Of a DNA stretch of 64,000 nucleotides, positions 1-9,599 are shown piece after piece. Every line of letters begins with the position of its first letter. Position 1 is the stretch's first letter. A program made the position numbers and the translations under genes. The stretch lies in the NCBI GenBank assembly GCA_017631325.1, contig JAGBTM010000006.1, forward strand, positions 23,159 through 87,158, read 5' to 3'. The notes beneath the pieces were generated by a model that saw only the letters and a list, made by a program, of their open reading frames with translations, was not told the DNA's origin and ran no database searches. This DNA is from Clostridia bacterium (lineage in GTDB: Bacteria; Bacillota; Clostridia; Oscillospirales; CAG-272).

Positions 1-1912
1 CACCTCTCTCGCGTCCGAGCTCGCCGCGAAGCTTGTAGAAATTAAGTATATTATAGCCTGACTCAAAGAGCGTGCCTATACATTCGGCAACGCCAAGGCA
101 CTCCTTGGCCTCCTTCGGCATAAGCGAAAGGCCTTTGTTCCAATGCTCCTTCATTCTGCCTGCGAGAATTATCGCCTCGTCGAGCGTGTGACCTGCAAAA
201 AGGCTCTCACCTATTCTGTCACCGTCGGGTGGGTCGAGAAGAAGCCAGGTTCTCGGCTGAGAGTTGTTTTTGGGCTTGAGCGAAAGCTCCCAAACTACTC
301 CGTCGTGCATAGGTCCGTAGTAGCTGAACATGATGTTAGTCGGGTAGCTTCTGTATCCATTTTCGAACTCTACCCATGCGGCCGAAATGCTCTTTGCCAG
401 CGTTTTGCCGTATACCCGTGCTGCGAAATCGTATAAAAACGCTGCCTTGTCGTCGAAATTATCGGCAAAGGAAAGCTCGCCTGAGGCACGGCTCATAACA
501 GACGGATAGTTGCCGAAATACCAGCATTCCATAACGCCCGTTGTGCCGAGAGCCACGGCTGCCTTGTACTTTTCAAATATAAGGCCGGGAGCCGGAATAT
601 AAGGAACGGTTGCAATCTCGTGAGAGGTGCAAACCTGCATCTTTGCCCACATCTCGCGGCCCTCTGCGCCCGCCCATTTCGCACTCTTCTCATACAGCTC
701 CGAGGGGCCTATATAAGAGAGCCAATAGTCGTATGCTGCGCGCATTTTTCCAAGCTGCTCGTCGTAGCCGCGGTCCTCAAAGTTCTGCATAAGTATTACG
801 TCGGACTTTGACTTCTCGGTGTACTCCTTGATGTCCTCCCAGTCCCAGTATCTGTGACCGTAGGTCCAGCTTACGAACTTAGCGCCCGTGCCGGCGCGAC
901 GTATACCCTCTTTGATAACGTCGCATGAGTAAGCGAGGTTTTCGCCTCTTGAATACCTCGAGCATCTGGGACAGGTGCGACCTGCCGCAACCGAAGGACA
1001 GCTCGTAGGGCGCTCGCCGGCTGTGATGTCTATGTATCCGCCAAGGTCGGGTACGGCTCTGAAAAGGCCCTCGACGGCAGTAAGAATATAATCTCTTCCC
1101 GCGTCGGTTCTGAGGCAGACGGGATACCAGCGGTCAGCGATATCAGCGCCGCGGAACTCGGGGTGCTCTTTTGACTCGTGCTCTTCAAGACCGTGAGGCT
1201 CTATTGCAAAAATGTAAACCTTAACACCGTATTTTTTGCATTTAGCCACCACCCGTGTAAGCTTTTCTATTCTTTTTTTGATAGCGACGCTGTCGCAATC
1301 AAAGTATTTCGTCTTAATCAGCGCTCTGAAGCTCGTGTATATCCACAGTCCGTTCGTTCCCGAATGCGCCAGTCTGTTAAGATATTCGTCGGGATAGTAG
1401 TCCACCTCGTCAAGAAGCTCGTCTCCGTATTTCGGGGGACGGTTTGTCGGACTAAAGAAGCCACGGGTTATTCTGTCCTTGATTTTGGGTGTGCGAACGA
1501 GCTCGCCTTTGGCGAGATACGGTCCCTCTCGCTTCGTCATTTCGTCCTCGATATAAACGAGAGCGCGTCTTATTCCCTCGGTGTCCTCAGCACATACGGT
1601 GCAGCCCTCCTCCGTTACCGAGATGCGATAGCTCTCGTAACCGGAAACGGCTTCGCGCTTTAGGGTGATAGGGTATTTATTTCCATCTATTTTGCATACC
1701 CCGAGAAAAGTATCAAAATCCGCGTAGGCGGTCTCGAGAAGCCCGTCACCGTCGGGAAATTCGGACTTTATATACGCTCCGAGGGCGCATATTTCCCCCC
1801 GCTCACCCTTGCCGATTTTGAAATTCGGCGGTGGTGCTGTGTGTACGGGGAGCTTAAGGCTCTCTATAAATTCTATCGGGGGTTGTTTTTCGAAGAAAGG
1901 GTCTATTCTCAT
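1..1912 (-). CDS. Hypothetical protein, 3' end beyond left edge (>636 aa, no family recognised)
   Basis: Hand translation of the minus strand from ATG 1912-1910 (MRIDPFFEKQPPIEFIESLKLPVH...) stays open to base 1. It is missing from the ORF track only because it has no stop in the window. GAGG lies about 10 nt upstream, and the start is 30 nt downstream of the glnN stop on the same strand. Plus-strand ORFs 143-436, 610-811 and 1178-1663 are antisense to it. Confidence 0.65.
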   Translation of the reverse strand, partial: MRIDPFFEKQPPIEFIESLKLPVHTAPPPNFKIGKGERGEICALGAYIKSEFPDGDGLLETAYADFDTFLGVCKIDGNKYPITLKREAVSGYESYRISVTEEGCTVCAEDTEGIRRALVYIEDEMTKREGPYLAKGELVRTPKIKDRITRGFFSPTNRPPKYGDELLDEVDYYPDEYLNRLAHSGTNGLWIYTSFRALIKTKYFDCDSVAIKKRIEKLTRVVAKCKKYGVKVYIFAIEPHGLEEHESKEHPEFRGADIADRWYPVCLRTDAGRDYILTAVEGLFRAVPDLGGYIDITAGERPTSCPSVAAGRTCPRCSRYSRGENLAYSCDVIKEGIRRAGTGAKFVSWTYGHRYWDWEDIKEYTEKSKSDVILMQNFEDRGYDEQLGKMRAAYDYWLSYIGPSELYEKSAKWAGAEGREMWAKMQVCTSHEIATVPYIPAPGLIFEKYKAAVALGTTGVMECWYFGNYPSVMSRASGELSFADNFDDKAAFLYDFAARVYGKTLAKSISAAWVEFENGYRSYPTNIMFSYYGPMHDGVVWELSLKPKNNSQPRTWLLLDPPDGDRIGESLFAGHTLDEAIILAGRMKEHWNKGLSLMPKEAKECLGVAECIGTLFESGYNILNFYKLRGELGRERG

Positions 1913-1942
1913 AATTTTAAACCTCGCAAATCTAAGTACTGT

Positions 1943-4042
1943 TTAAATCTTGAATATAATATCTCCGTATGTCGGCATCGGCCAAGCCTCGCGCGAGGTG
2001 AGAGTCTCCATCTCGTCTACAACGCGGCGCAGGTTGTCCATCTTGGGAATAACCGTATTTTTGTAGAAGAACGCGGCCTCCTCATCGGAGGGCTTTGAAA
2101 TAGCCGAGCGCTCAGCGCGCTCGAGCGCGCCGTAGGCGTCGTAGGCCTTTGCGAGAGCGTCCGAGAGCTTCTCTATAATATCGCACTCGCAAGAGAGAGA
2201 TGCGCTCTTGACGGCAGAGCGTGTCGCATTTACAGCCGTGGAAAGCTCACCGATATACTTAGATACAGCGGGTATAATATCACGGAGTGTCATCTCGAGC
2301 ATCGTGCGTGCCTCAATATTTTTAATCTTACGGTAGCTGCCGAAAAATATCTCACGGCGCGAGCGCATTTCTGTCTCGCTCATAACTCCGAATTTGCCGA
2401 AAAGCTCTATATTTTTTTCATCAGTAAAGTGCGCGTACGCGTCGGGCGAGCTCTTGAAGTTGGAAAGACCTCGCGCCTCGGCCTCGGCCTCCCATTCGGG
2501 CGAGTAGGAGTTGCCCGAGAAGAGTATACGGGAGTGACACCTCAGGGTGTCGGAAAGGATTTTGTCAAGAGTTCTGTCAAAATCCACGGTTTCCTCGAGA
2601 ATGTCAGCGAATATCGTCAACGACTCGGCAACGGCAGTGTTAAGAACGATATTGGCAAGGGCGATATTCTGTCCCGAGCCTACCATTCTGAACTCAAACT
2701 TGTTTCCCGTAAACGCAAAGGGAGAGGTGCGGTTCCTGTCGGTGTTATCCTTGCGAATAGTGGGAACGGAGGGGGTGCCGAGCGACATGTATTTGGTGTC
2801 GCGCTTAGCATAGTGCGAGCCGTCGATTAATGAATGAACGAGGGCTTCAAGCTCTTCACCGAGGAAAATTGATATAATGGCAGGGGGCGCCTCGTGGCCA
2901 CCGAGACGGCAGTCGTTTGAGGCGGTAGCCGCCGATATTCTGAGCAGGTCCTGATACTCGTCAACAGCGCGGATAACTGCCGCAAGGAAGAGTAAGAACT
3001 GCTTGTTTTCGCCGGGGTTCTTGCCGGGCTTAAGAAGATTTTTTCCCGTGTCGGTTGAGAGCGACCAGTTGTTATGCTTGCCCGAGCCGTTTATACCCTC
3101 AAAGGGCTTCTCTGCAAGCAGGCAGGCCATACCGAACTTTGGAGCGAGCTTGCGCATGCATTCCATAGTCAGTAGGTTCTGGTCAACGGCTATGTTGGTG
3201 GTGCAGAATATAGGAGCCAGCTCGTGTTGAGAGGGGGCGGCCTCGTTGTGTTTGGTCTTTGCGCTGATGCCTAGACGCCACAGCTCTACGTCGAGCTCCT
3301 TCATAAATGCGCTCACGCGTGTGGGAAGCGCGCCAAAATAGTGGTCCTCAAGCTCCTGACCCTTGACGGGTGGAGCACCGAAAAGCGTTCTTCCGCAGTA
3401 GTAAAGGTCGCGTCTTGCCTTGTAGTCGTCCTCGTCGATAAGGAAATACTCCTGTTCTGCTCCGACGGTGGAAACTACTCTCTTTGCCGTGTCGTCGCCA
3501 AAAAGACGGATTATACGAAGTCCTGCCTTGGATATAGCGTCCATAGAGCGAAGCAAGGGGGTCTTGGTATCAAGAGCCTCACCGCCGTAGGAGCAGAATG
3601 CCGTGGGTATATAGAGCGAGCCGTCCTTGATAAAGGCGTAGGAGGCAGGGTCCCACGCGGTGTATCCGCGCGCCTCAAAGGTCGCACGAAGACCGCCCGA
3701 GGGGAACGAGGAGGCGTCGGGCTCACCGCGGATAAGCTCCTTGCCCGAGAACTCCATTATAACCTTACCGCCGCCTACGGGTGAGAGAAAAGCGTCGTGC
3801 TTTTCAGCGGTAACGCCCGTGAGGGGCTGGAACCAATGCGTGAAATGCGTTGCGCCGTGGTCGATGGCCCAGTCCTTCATAGCGCCGGCTACGACGTCGG
3901 CAATGCCTGCGTCAATTTCCTTGCCCGTGGCTATGGTATTCATAAGCGATGTGTATACGTCTTTAGGGAGGCGCTCCCTCATTACGTCCTCGTTGAAAAC
4001 ACACGAGGCAAATATTTCGGGAACAGAGTCAAACTTTTCCAT
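1943..4042 (-). CDS. glnN: Glutamine synthetase, type III
   Basis: ~700 aa, matching GSIII size. Reads MEKFDSVPEIFASCVFNEDVMRERLPKDVY, THFTHWFQPLTG, KPFEGINGSGKHNNWS. Start moved from 4072 to ATG 4042, which has AAAGGA upstream. Confidence 0.9.
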   Translation of the reverse strand: MEKFDSVPEIFASCVFNEDVMRERLPKDVYTSLMNTIATGKEIDAGIADVVAGAMKDWAIDHGATHFTHWFQPLTGVTAEKHDAFLSPVGGGKVIMEFSGKELIRGEPDASSFPSGGLRATFEARGYTAWDPASYAFIKDGSLYIPTAFCSYGGEALDTKTPLLRSMDAISKAGLRIIRLFGDDTAKRVVSTVGAEQEYFLIDEDDYKARRDLYYCGRTLFGAPPVKGQELEDHYFGALPTRVSAFMKELDVELWRLGISAKTKHNEAAPSQHELAPIFCTTNIAVDQNLLTMECMRKLAPKFGMACLLAEKPFEGINGSGKHNNWSLSTDTGKNLLKPGKNPGENKQFLLFLAAVIRAVDEYQDLLRISAATASNDCRLGGHEAPPAIISIFLGEELEALVHSLIDGSHYAKRDTKYMSLGTPSVPTIRKDNTDRNRTSPFAFTGNKFEFRMVGSGQNIALANIVLNTAVAESLTIFADILEETVDFDRTLDKILSDTLRCHSRILFSGNSYSPEWEAEAEARGLSNFKSSPDAYAHFTDEKNIELFGKFGVMSETEMRSRREIFFGSYRKIKNIEARTMLEMTLRDIIPAVSKYIGELSTAVNATRSAVKSASLSCECDIIEKLSDALAKAYDAYGALERAERSAISKPSDEEAAFFYKNTVIPKMDNLRRVVDEMETLTSREAWPMPTYGDIIFKI

Positions 4043-4165
4043 AATATGCGTCCTTTTCTTAAATAACAACACGCGTAATAATTTATTATGTCACAATTAT
4101 ACACCAACTTAGTATGAATGTCAAGAATTTCTTTTGCCCGAGAGGGATAATTAAATGAATCCGTC

Positions 4166-4194
4166 TTGACTTTTTTCTTTCGGGGTGTTATAAT
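4166..4194 (+). promoter_or_regulatory. SigA-type promoter for the exonuclease gene (TTGACT-17-TATAAT with TGn extended -10)
   Basis: TTGACT at 4166-4171, 17-nt spacer, TGtTATAAT ending at 4194, about 30 nt upstream of ATG 4226. Confidence 0.6.
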
Positions 4195-4225
4195 ACATAA
4201 GAATGAAAAAACGAAGGATTAAAAA

Positions 4226-5209
4226 ATGCATTATATAACACTCGATCTTGAGTGGAATCAAGCATACGCTCAAAAGGCGCTTGCCGTACAGCGTCAGCTC
4301 TCCTGCCGACTGCGTGGAGAGGTGATACAGATAGGCGCCGTCAAGCTTGATAAAAATATGAACGTATGCGGATCCTACCAGATAATTGTAAAGCCTAAGT
4401 ATTTTAAGAAGCTTCACCGACACGTCTCGGAGCTTACGGGCATAACTCAGCAGCAGATGGATATGGGCACACCGCTTGACGAGGCGGCCGAGAGATTTCG
4501 GAGCTGGTGCGGTAAGGATTATGCCTTTCTCACCTGGGGACCCGACGACATTCCAATGCTTAGGGAGAACCTCAACGCAAGCGGTATAAGTCAGGATTGG
4601 ATTGGCGAGGTCTACGACCTGCAAAAAATATTCAATACCCGAACCGACGGTCTTGCAAAGCAACGCTCTCTCGAGTATGCGATGGACTACTTCGGTATTC
4701 AGCAGACACTCCCCGCCCACGACGCTCTCAACGATGCGTATTTTACAGCGCTTGTAGCGATGCACCTCGACGTGCCCGACGCTATAAAGAGCTACACCTC
4801 ATCCCACGGTGACTTTCTCGAGGAGGAGGTAATTGGTGACGCTGACGCAGGCGACGACGGATACGTAACGATAGAGGAAATGCTTGAGGACGATATAATC
4901 AAGCATCCCTTGTGTCCCACCTGCCACGCACCCCTTACCGAAAAGGGTGATACTCTTCATTCCAAAGGACAGAAGTATACCTTTTATTTCACCTGTCAAC
5001 AGGACGGCGATATGCTGATTACACTCAGACTTCACCGTAATTTCAACGATACCTGGCGCGCAAAGCGCATAGTCAGACCGGCAGACGAGGCCTCGCTTAA
5101 AAGCTACAAGGAGGGCCTTATAAAGCACGAAAGCTTTAAGAAAAAGTCAACGAAAAAGAGAAGAACGCGTTTCCAAAAGAGCAAAAAGGAAACCGTGACT
5201 GCCGGCTAA
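4226..5209 (+). CDS. DEDDh 3'-5' exonuclease domain protein with C-terminal Cys-rich region and basic tail
   Basis: ITLDLEWNQ (ExoI DxE) and HDALNDAYFTA (Hx4D). C-terminal CPTCH...FTCQQDG and a KKKSTKKRRTRFQKSKK tail. GAAGGA lies 7 nt before the ATG. Confidence 0.8.
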   Translation: MHYITLDLEWNQAYAQKALAVQRQLSCRLRGEVIQIGAVKLDKNMNVCGSYQIIVKPKYFKKLHRHVSELTGITQQQMDMGTPLDEAAERFRSWCGKDYAFLTWGPDDIPMLRENLNASGISQDWIGEVYDLQKIFNTRTDGLAKQRSLEYAMDYFGIQQTLPAHDALNDAYFTALVAMHLDVPDAIKSYTSSHGDFLEEEVIGDADAGDDGYVTIEEMLEDDIIKHPLCPTCHAPLTEKGDTLHSKGQKYTFYFTCQQDGDMLITLRLHRNFNDTWRAKRIVRPADEASLKSYKEGLIKHESFKKKSTKKRRTRFQKSKKETVTAG

Positions 5210-5215
5210 AAATAC

Positions 5216-5265
5216 AAAAAGAACCACACGGGTATGCCCTAAATTAAGTGTGGTTCTTTTTTGTT
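5216..5265. terminator. Rho-independent terminator (usable on both strands)
   Basis: GAACCACAC (5221-5229) pairs with GTGTGGTTC (5248-5256), flanked by an A-run upstream and TTTTTTG downstream. It lies between convergent genes. Confidence 0.7.
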
Positions 5266-5393
5266 TCCCTTTTTGCAGCACTAAAGGCGCCCTTTTGCTC
5301 TTTGTCCTGCGTGATGGGAGCCCTTTAAAATATTACGAGTGGAAATTACCTGACTTGTCCTTATACAATCCGTCTTTGTGCCTTGGTTTATGG

Positions 5394-6152
5394 CTAGACG
5401 TAGACGTCGACGAGTACGTTCAGCCGTCCTCGCTTGGTGTTTGATTCAAATCCGCGATAAATAAATCTTCCGTGGCCTCTGACGCTTATAATCTCGTCCG
5501 GCTTTGGTGTGTATGAGCAAGAGGAAATTTCCTTGCCCGAGGCAAAGACAAGCCTCTTTAAAAACAGGCGCTGTGCGTCCTCTCTTGACAGGTTAAATAC
5601 CTTTGCAACCGTGGCGTCGAGTCTCTCGCTTGAAAGCTGTATTCTTTTGCTTTCGGTTTTGTATAGCTCGCCCTCGGGCACGCCGTCTATGAGCGTGACC
5701 TTGACGTCGGTGTGGCGCACGCGCGTAAGCTCCTTTATGAAATATTCGCTGATGCTGTCCTTTATAAAGACGAATGCATCACACCCTCTTATGACTATAT
5801 CACCCACAACCGAGCGCTCGATACCGAGGTTCAAAATAGCGCCGAGATAGTCCCTGTGAGTGAGCTGCTCTGCGAATTTCTCTGACACGGGGTGTACCTT
5901 TGCAGTAACTATGGGAAAGGGAAGCTCGTATCCAAGCTCCCCCTCCTCGCCAAATCTGACCATAACTCGCTCAGCGCCCCCGACTCCGCCGAAGAGGGTG
6001 TATTTAACGAATGAAATATCGCTTCTTATCTCTTGTAGAGCCGACTGCTCCGAGAGTGAAAGAAAGTCCGAAAAGGTGTAAATTCCCGAATTGTAGGACC
6101 GTCTTGCAAGCTCGGTAAGACGCTTTTTTATAAGCTCGGTATCGTCCGTCAT
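5394..6152 (-). CDS. ylmH: YlmH-like S4-domain RNA-binding protein (division-cluster associated)
   Basis: 252 aa with YlmH-like organisation and a C-terminal S4-like segment (RLDATVAKVFNLSREDAQRLFLKRLVF). The start overlaps the upstream stop as ATGA (6149-6152). Confidence 0.75.
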   Translation of the reverse strand: MTDDTELIKKRLTELARRSYNSGIYTFSDFLSLSEQSALQEIRSDISFVKYTLFGGVGGAERVMVRFGEEGELGYELPFPIVTAKVHPVSEKFAEQLTHRDYLGAILNLGIERSVVGDIVIRGCDAFVFIKDSISEYFIKELTRVRHTDVKVTLIDGVPEGELYKTESKRIQLSSERLDATVAKVFNLSREDAQRLFLKRLVFASGKEISSCSYTPKPDEIISVRGHGRFIYRGFESNTKRGRLNVLVDVYV

Positions 6153-6895
6153 ATCGTCATCATGTCAACGGGGTAGAGAATTTTGAGCTGGTTGATTTTT
6201 GAGTCGTATGCAGCGCGCTGCTTTTCTACGAGAAGCGCGTTTTTGATGTCCTCTGAAATCTGGGCAAAGGGCATAACCGACGAGTCACTCTTGGAATTGA
6301 GGCGTATCAGGTGATAGCCAAACTGAGTTTTAACAGGGCCTGAAATCTTACCGACTGACATAGCGAATACAGCCGAGTCAAATTCGGGTACCATCTGGCC
6401 TCTGCCGAAATCACCGAGAGAGCCGCCGTTTTCCTTTGAGGGACAGCTCGAATATTCGGTGGCAGCAGCCTCAAAGGTAGTAGCGCCCGAGTTGATTTTC
6501 TCGAGGATTTCCTTTGCAAGCTCCTCGCTGTCTACGAGAATGTGGTTTGCGTTTGCAGTCTCACCGCTCTTGAATTTTTCCTTGTTATTTTCGTAGTATT
6601 CCTCAGCGTCCTTGTCGCTTATTCTAATCTGAGAAATTACCTTCTCCGTTGCATAGCTTGTAAGCAGGTCGTCCTTTACCTTGGCAAGATGCGCTTTGAA
6701 TGCGGGCTCTGCCTCGTAAAGATTTCTCTTTGCATCAAGAAGCATAAGCTTGTTAGAGATGAGTTGCTTGAGAATTTCGCGTCTGCCGTCGGGCGTGTTG
6801 TATGCTTGACCCCTCTGCCCAAGGCTCATAAGAAATTCAGTTACGTTGTTGTCGGTTATGGGCATACCACCGACCGTTGCGAGTACCTTACTCAT
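6149..6895 (-). CDS. Parvulin-type peptidyl-prolyl isomerase (PpiC/PrsA family), no signal peptide visible
   Basis: ANHILV...GGSLGDFGRGQMVPEFDSAVF...GPVKTQFGYHLIRL is a classic parvulin core. The N-terminus MSKVLATVGGMPITDNN has no hydrophobic leader or lipobox. Confidence 0.8.
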   Translation of the reverse strand: MSKVLATVGGMPITDNNVTEFLMSLGQRGQAYNTPDGRREILKQLISNKLMLLDAKRNLYEAEPAFKAHLAKVKDDLLTSYATEKVISQIRISDKDAEEYYENNKEKFKSGETANANHILVDSEELAKEILEKINSGATTFEAAATEYSSCPSKENGGSLGDFGRGQMVPEFDSAVFAMSVGKISGPVKTQFGYHLIRLNSKSDSSVMPFAQISEDIKNALLVEKQRAAYDSKINQLKILYPVDMMTI

Positions 6896-7057
6896 TGTTT
6901 TATCTCCTTTGTTTTTTTGTTTATTTATCTAAGTGTAAACGTGTCGCTTTGGCGAAAAGCGTTGTTTTAAAACCTGCCGTTTTTAGCTTTTTGTCAAGAA
7001 AAAGCTTATTTTTGGCAACTTATATTTACAAAATGCAAGTTTTTGGCGCTATAAAAA

Positions 7058-8434
7058 TTATTTCTTCAAACGAAGACCCTTTGGATAGTGGTTCTTTATT
7101 TTTCCGCCGGAGAGCTTGCCGCCACCAAGCACCGCGCCCTCATAGCATACGGCAACGTAGCCCGAGCCTGACACTTCCTTCGCCTCAATTTCCTCACCGG
7201 TTAGATATTTTATAGCTCTTGGGTCGCCTTTTTTTAGGTTTTCTACTCGCTTCATATTGCCGCCAAATGCAGAGAAGAGCTGATGGTGAGGGAAGAAAAT
7301 TTTGCCTCTTATCTCGCCGAGCATAACTCCGGGCATAAAGACGGAATAGGGCGGAATAGGTATCTTGCTATTTGCGAGCGCTATACCGTCACCCTGCTTT
7401 ATAAATCGGCCGTCGGGTGCTTTTTTGAAGTTTTCCTTCAGGAACTTGAGCACCAGCTCTGCCTCTGCGCGACTGATTTCCTTTGCGCTGTCCTTATATA
7501 GAATTCTGGGCTCTTCGTATATATCGTCCCTGCGCTTAAGCTGTGCGATATACTGTCCCTCTCCACTTGATTTATGAGGATAAAAGCGGCGGGTAAGCGC
7601 GATATTCGTGTGGCACGAGCCCTCCGGTATTATGCCGTCCGAGGTGACACTCACTATCTCATCCCCAACGGGTACTAAATAGAAGTCGGGGTGCGTGTCG
7701 AGAAAAGCGTCGATAACGCCCTCGTTTTCCTCAATAGAATAGGTGCAGGTGGAGTAAAGCAGCTTTCCACCGGGCTTGACAGTCTTGGCGCAGTTGCTAA
7801 GAATAGTGATTTGACGCTCGGCGCACTCGCGCACGTTATCCTCGCTCCACTCCGTGAGAGCCGCGTCGTATTTTCTGAACATTCCCTCGCCCGAGCAGGG
7901 CGCGTCGCATATAACCGTATCGAAAAAAGCGGAAAACATTTTAGCAATTTCGGCAGTATCAAGAGAGGTAACCACAGCGTTCTTTATGCCGAGACGCTCA
8001 AAATTTCCGACTATTATTTTCGCTCGTTTTGGAACGTACTCGTTTGCTAAAAGGAAGCCGGTATCACCTATTATTTCAGCCACGTGCGAGGATTTTCCAC
8101 CTGGGGCAGCGCAGGCGTCGAGAACGTACTCACCCTCGGAAATCGAGGCGGAGCAGACCGTCGCCATAGCTCCGGGGTCCTGGGAATAAAACATTCCCGC
8201 ATGATGCTCGGGCAGCTGACCAAGTCCCGATTGCATATCGGGTATAAATCCCGTGTCTATATACGAAATAGGCGAAAGCTCGCCGTTAAACGTTGACTTA
8301 AAGGTCTCTTTTGAGGTCTTTATGAGGTTTACGCGCACGCCCTTGACCGACGGCCCGTCGAGCGCGCGCTCAAAATCCGCATACTCGTCACCGAGCAGCT
8401 TCTTCATTCTTGTAATAAACGCTTCGGGGAGCAT
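7058..8434 (-). CDS. rsmF: NOL1/NOP2/Sun-family rRNA cytosine-C5 methyltransferase (RsmF/RsmB-like)
   Basis: LDACAAPGGKS (SAM motif), DAPCSGEGMFRK and YSTCT catalytic Cys motifs; 458 aa. Confidence 0.8.
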   Translation of the reverse strand: MLPEAFITRMKKLLGDEYADFERALDGPSVKGVRVNLIKTSKETFKSTFNGELSPISYIDTGFIPDMQSGLGQLPEHHAGMFYSQDPGAMATVCSASISEGEYVLDACAAPGGKSSHVAEIIGDTGFLLANEYVPKRAKIIVGNFERLGIKNAVVTSLDTAEIAKMFSAFFDTVICDAPCSGEGMFRKYDAALTEWSEDNVRECAERQITILSNCAKTVKPGGKLLYSTCTYSIEENEGVIDAFLDTHPDFYLVPVGDEIVSVTSDGIIPEGSCHTNIALTRRFYPHKSSGEGQYIAQLKRRDDIYEEPRILYKDSAKEISRAEAELVLKFLKENFKKAPDGRFIKQGDGIALANSKIPIPPYSVFMPGVMLGEIRGKIFFPHHQLFSAFGGNMKRVENLKKGDPRAIKYLTGEEIEAKEVSGSGYVAVCYEGAVLGGGKLSGGKIKNHYPKGLRLKK

Positions 8435-8635
8435 AGTTCCTCCGTTTCTTTACCAGTGTCAAAATTAAAAAGCATTGTTATAACTATGTGCAAAAAGCTC
8501 TAAAAGCATTGTAACACAAATATTATATATTAAAAGAATAATTATGTCAACCGCTTCTTCGCGAAAATTACAATCACTCTAAAGGCGAAACGTCATATCG
8601 CCTTTTTTGTGGATATACCTAACCTTCGTCATACA

Positions 8636-8664
8636 TTGACAAAGAATTACGAAAGTGGTATAAT
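8636..8664 (+). promoter_or_regulatory. Consensus SigA promoter (TTGACA-17-TATAAT, TGn extended -10)
   Basis: TTGACA at 8636-8641, 17-nt spacer, TGgTATAAT ending at 8664, upstream of the ORF starting at 8708. Confidence 0.65.
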
Positions 8665-8707
8665 GAGGACAAATCAAAAACCAAGACAAAAGCAAAGGAG
8701 AAAATCA

Positions 8708-9484
8708 ATGTTCAAAAACACAACAGCTTCGATTGATGCTATCATTCGCGACGTTAAAACGGTGGCGCTGCTCGTAACCGTAATTTCCAACTTGATTTGT
8801 ATCGGTTATTTTACCTATGCTTCAATAGTCGGCACGGGATTTATGGCAATAAATATTGCCACTGTGGTTATATCGCTCGCCTACATAATAATTTATGCGG
8901 TGACGTACAGCAAAAAAGGAACGGAGAAAAAGGTTCACAGTGTTGCGGCAAAGATAAACAGCGGAGCAAAACTTGTATTCAGAACCATAACACTCGTGGC
9001 TACAATCTACGGTATAATTATAGCCGGTTCAAACAGTAACGGAATAACTATTATTCTCGCAACACTTTCAATTCTGATGTGGATTGTAAGCTTCGTCGTG
9101 GAAGTGCTTAAGTACTACGTTGAAATCAGATTTAATCAGCTTAAGGAAAGCCTTAAGAAGGATTTGATGGCACCCGTAAATACTGTTAAAGCAATAGGCA
9201 ATGGAGTTGCAAACGCGGTTAAGAGTGGAATTGAAATAGTTAAGGTTGCAGGCGAGGCAATATGCGAGGACGTTGAAGAAATAATCTGTGAAGGCAAGGA
9301 AGCGATACATCACGGCATGGAAGCTGTTGTTCACGGTCCTGCAGCAGAAAAATCAAAAGGCCTGTTTTTCAAAATGAAGCAGGCGGTACTTATGCGGAAG
9401 AGCGAAAAAGAAAGAAAAAAGCTTGCAAAAAAAGAAGCCAAGTTGCTTAAAGAGCCCAAAGAAAAGCAGCCGATTACCAAGTAA
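8708..9484 (+). CDS. Hypothetical multi-pass membrane protein with Lys-rich C-terminal tail
   Basis: ATG 8708 follows AAAGGAGA; the ORF-track start at 8609 is a GTG with no RBS. There are about four hydrophobic segments, then KSEKERKKLAKKEAKLLKEPKEK. No family recognised. Confidence 0.6.
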   Translation: MFKNTTASIDAIIRDVKTVALLVTVISNLICIGYFTYASIVGTGFMAINIATVVISLAYIIIYAVTYSKKGTEKKVHSVAAKINSGAKLVFRTITLVATIYGIIIAGSNSNGITIILATLSILMWIVSFVVEVLKYYVEIRFNQLKESLKKDLMAPVNTVKAIGNGVANAVKSGIEIVKVAGEAICEDVEEIICEGKEAIHHGMEAVVHGPAAEKSKGLFFKMKQAVLMRKSEKERKKLAKKEAKLLKEPKEKQPITK

Positions 9485-9503
9485 AGTTTACATATAAGAA
9501 CAA

Positions 9504-9561
9504 AAAACACGCATATTTGCCCGAATTTCATCTTAATCTCCGTGGCTAATATGCGTGTTTT
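9504..9561. terminator. Bidirectional terminator-like hairpin between convergent genes
   Basis: AAAACACGCATAT (9504-9516) pairs with ATATGCGTGTTTT (9549-9561), a 13-bp stem. The loop is long (32 nt). Confidence 0.5.
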
Positions 9562-9599
9562 GTTATAAAATTACATTTTGAATATCACTTTGCTAAAAG

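Noticed and set aside
4073-4165. TnrA/GlnR box (TGTNAN7TNACA) upstream of glnN
   Set aside because: The closest sequence, TGTCACAATTATACACC, fails the second half-site. No convincing site was found.
8583-8608. Orphan hairpin AGGCGA...TCGCCT + TTTTTT just upstream of the 8636 promoter, a possible sRNA terminator
   Set aside because: The stem is only 6 bp, and I could not define a convincing upstream promoter on the plus strand. The evidence is insufficient.
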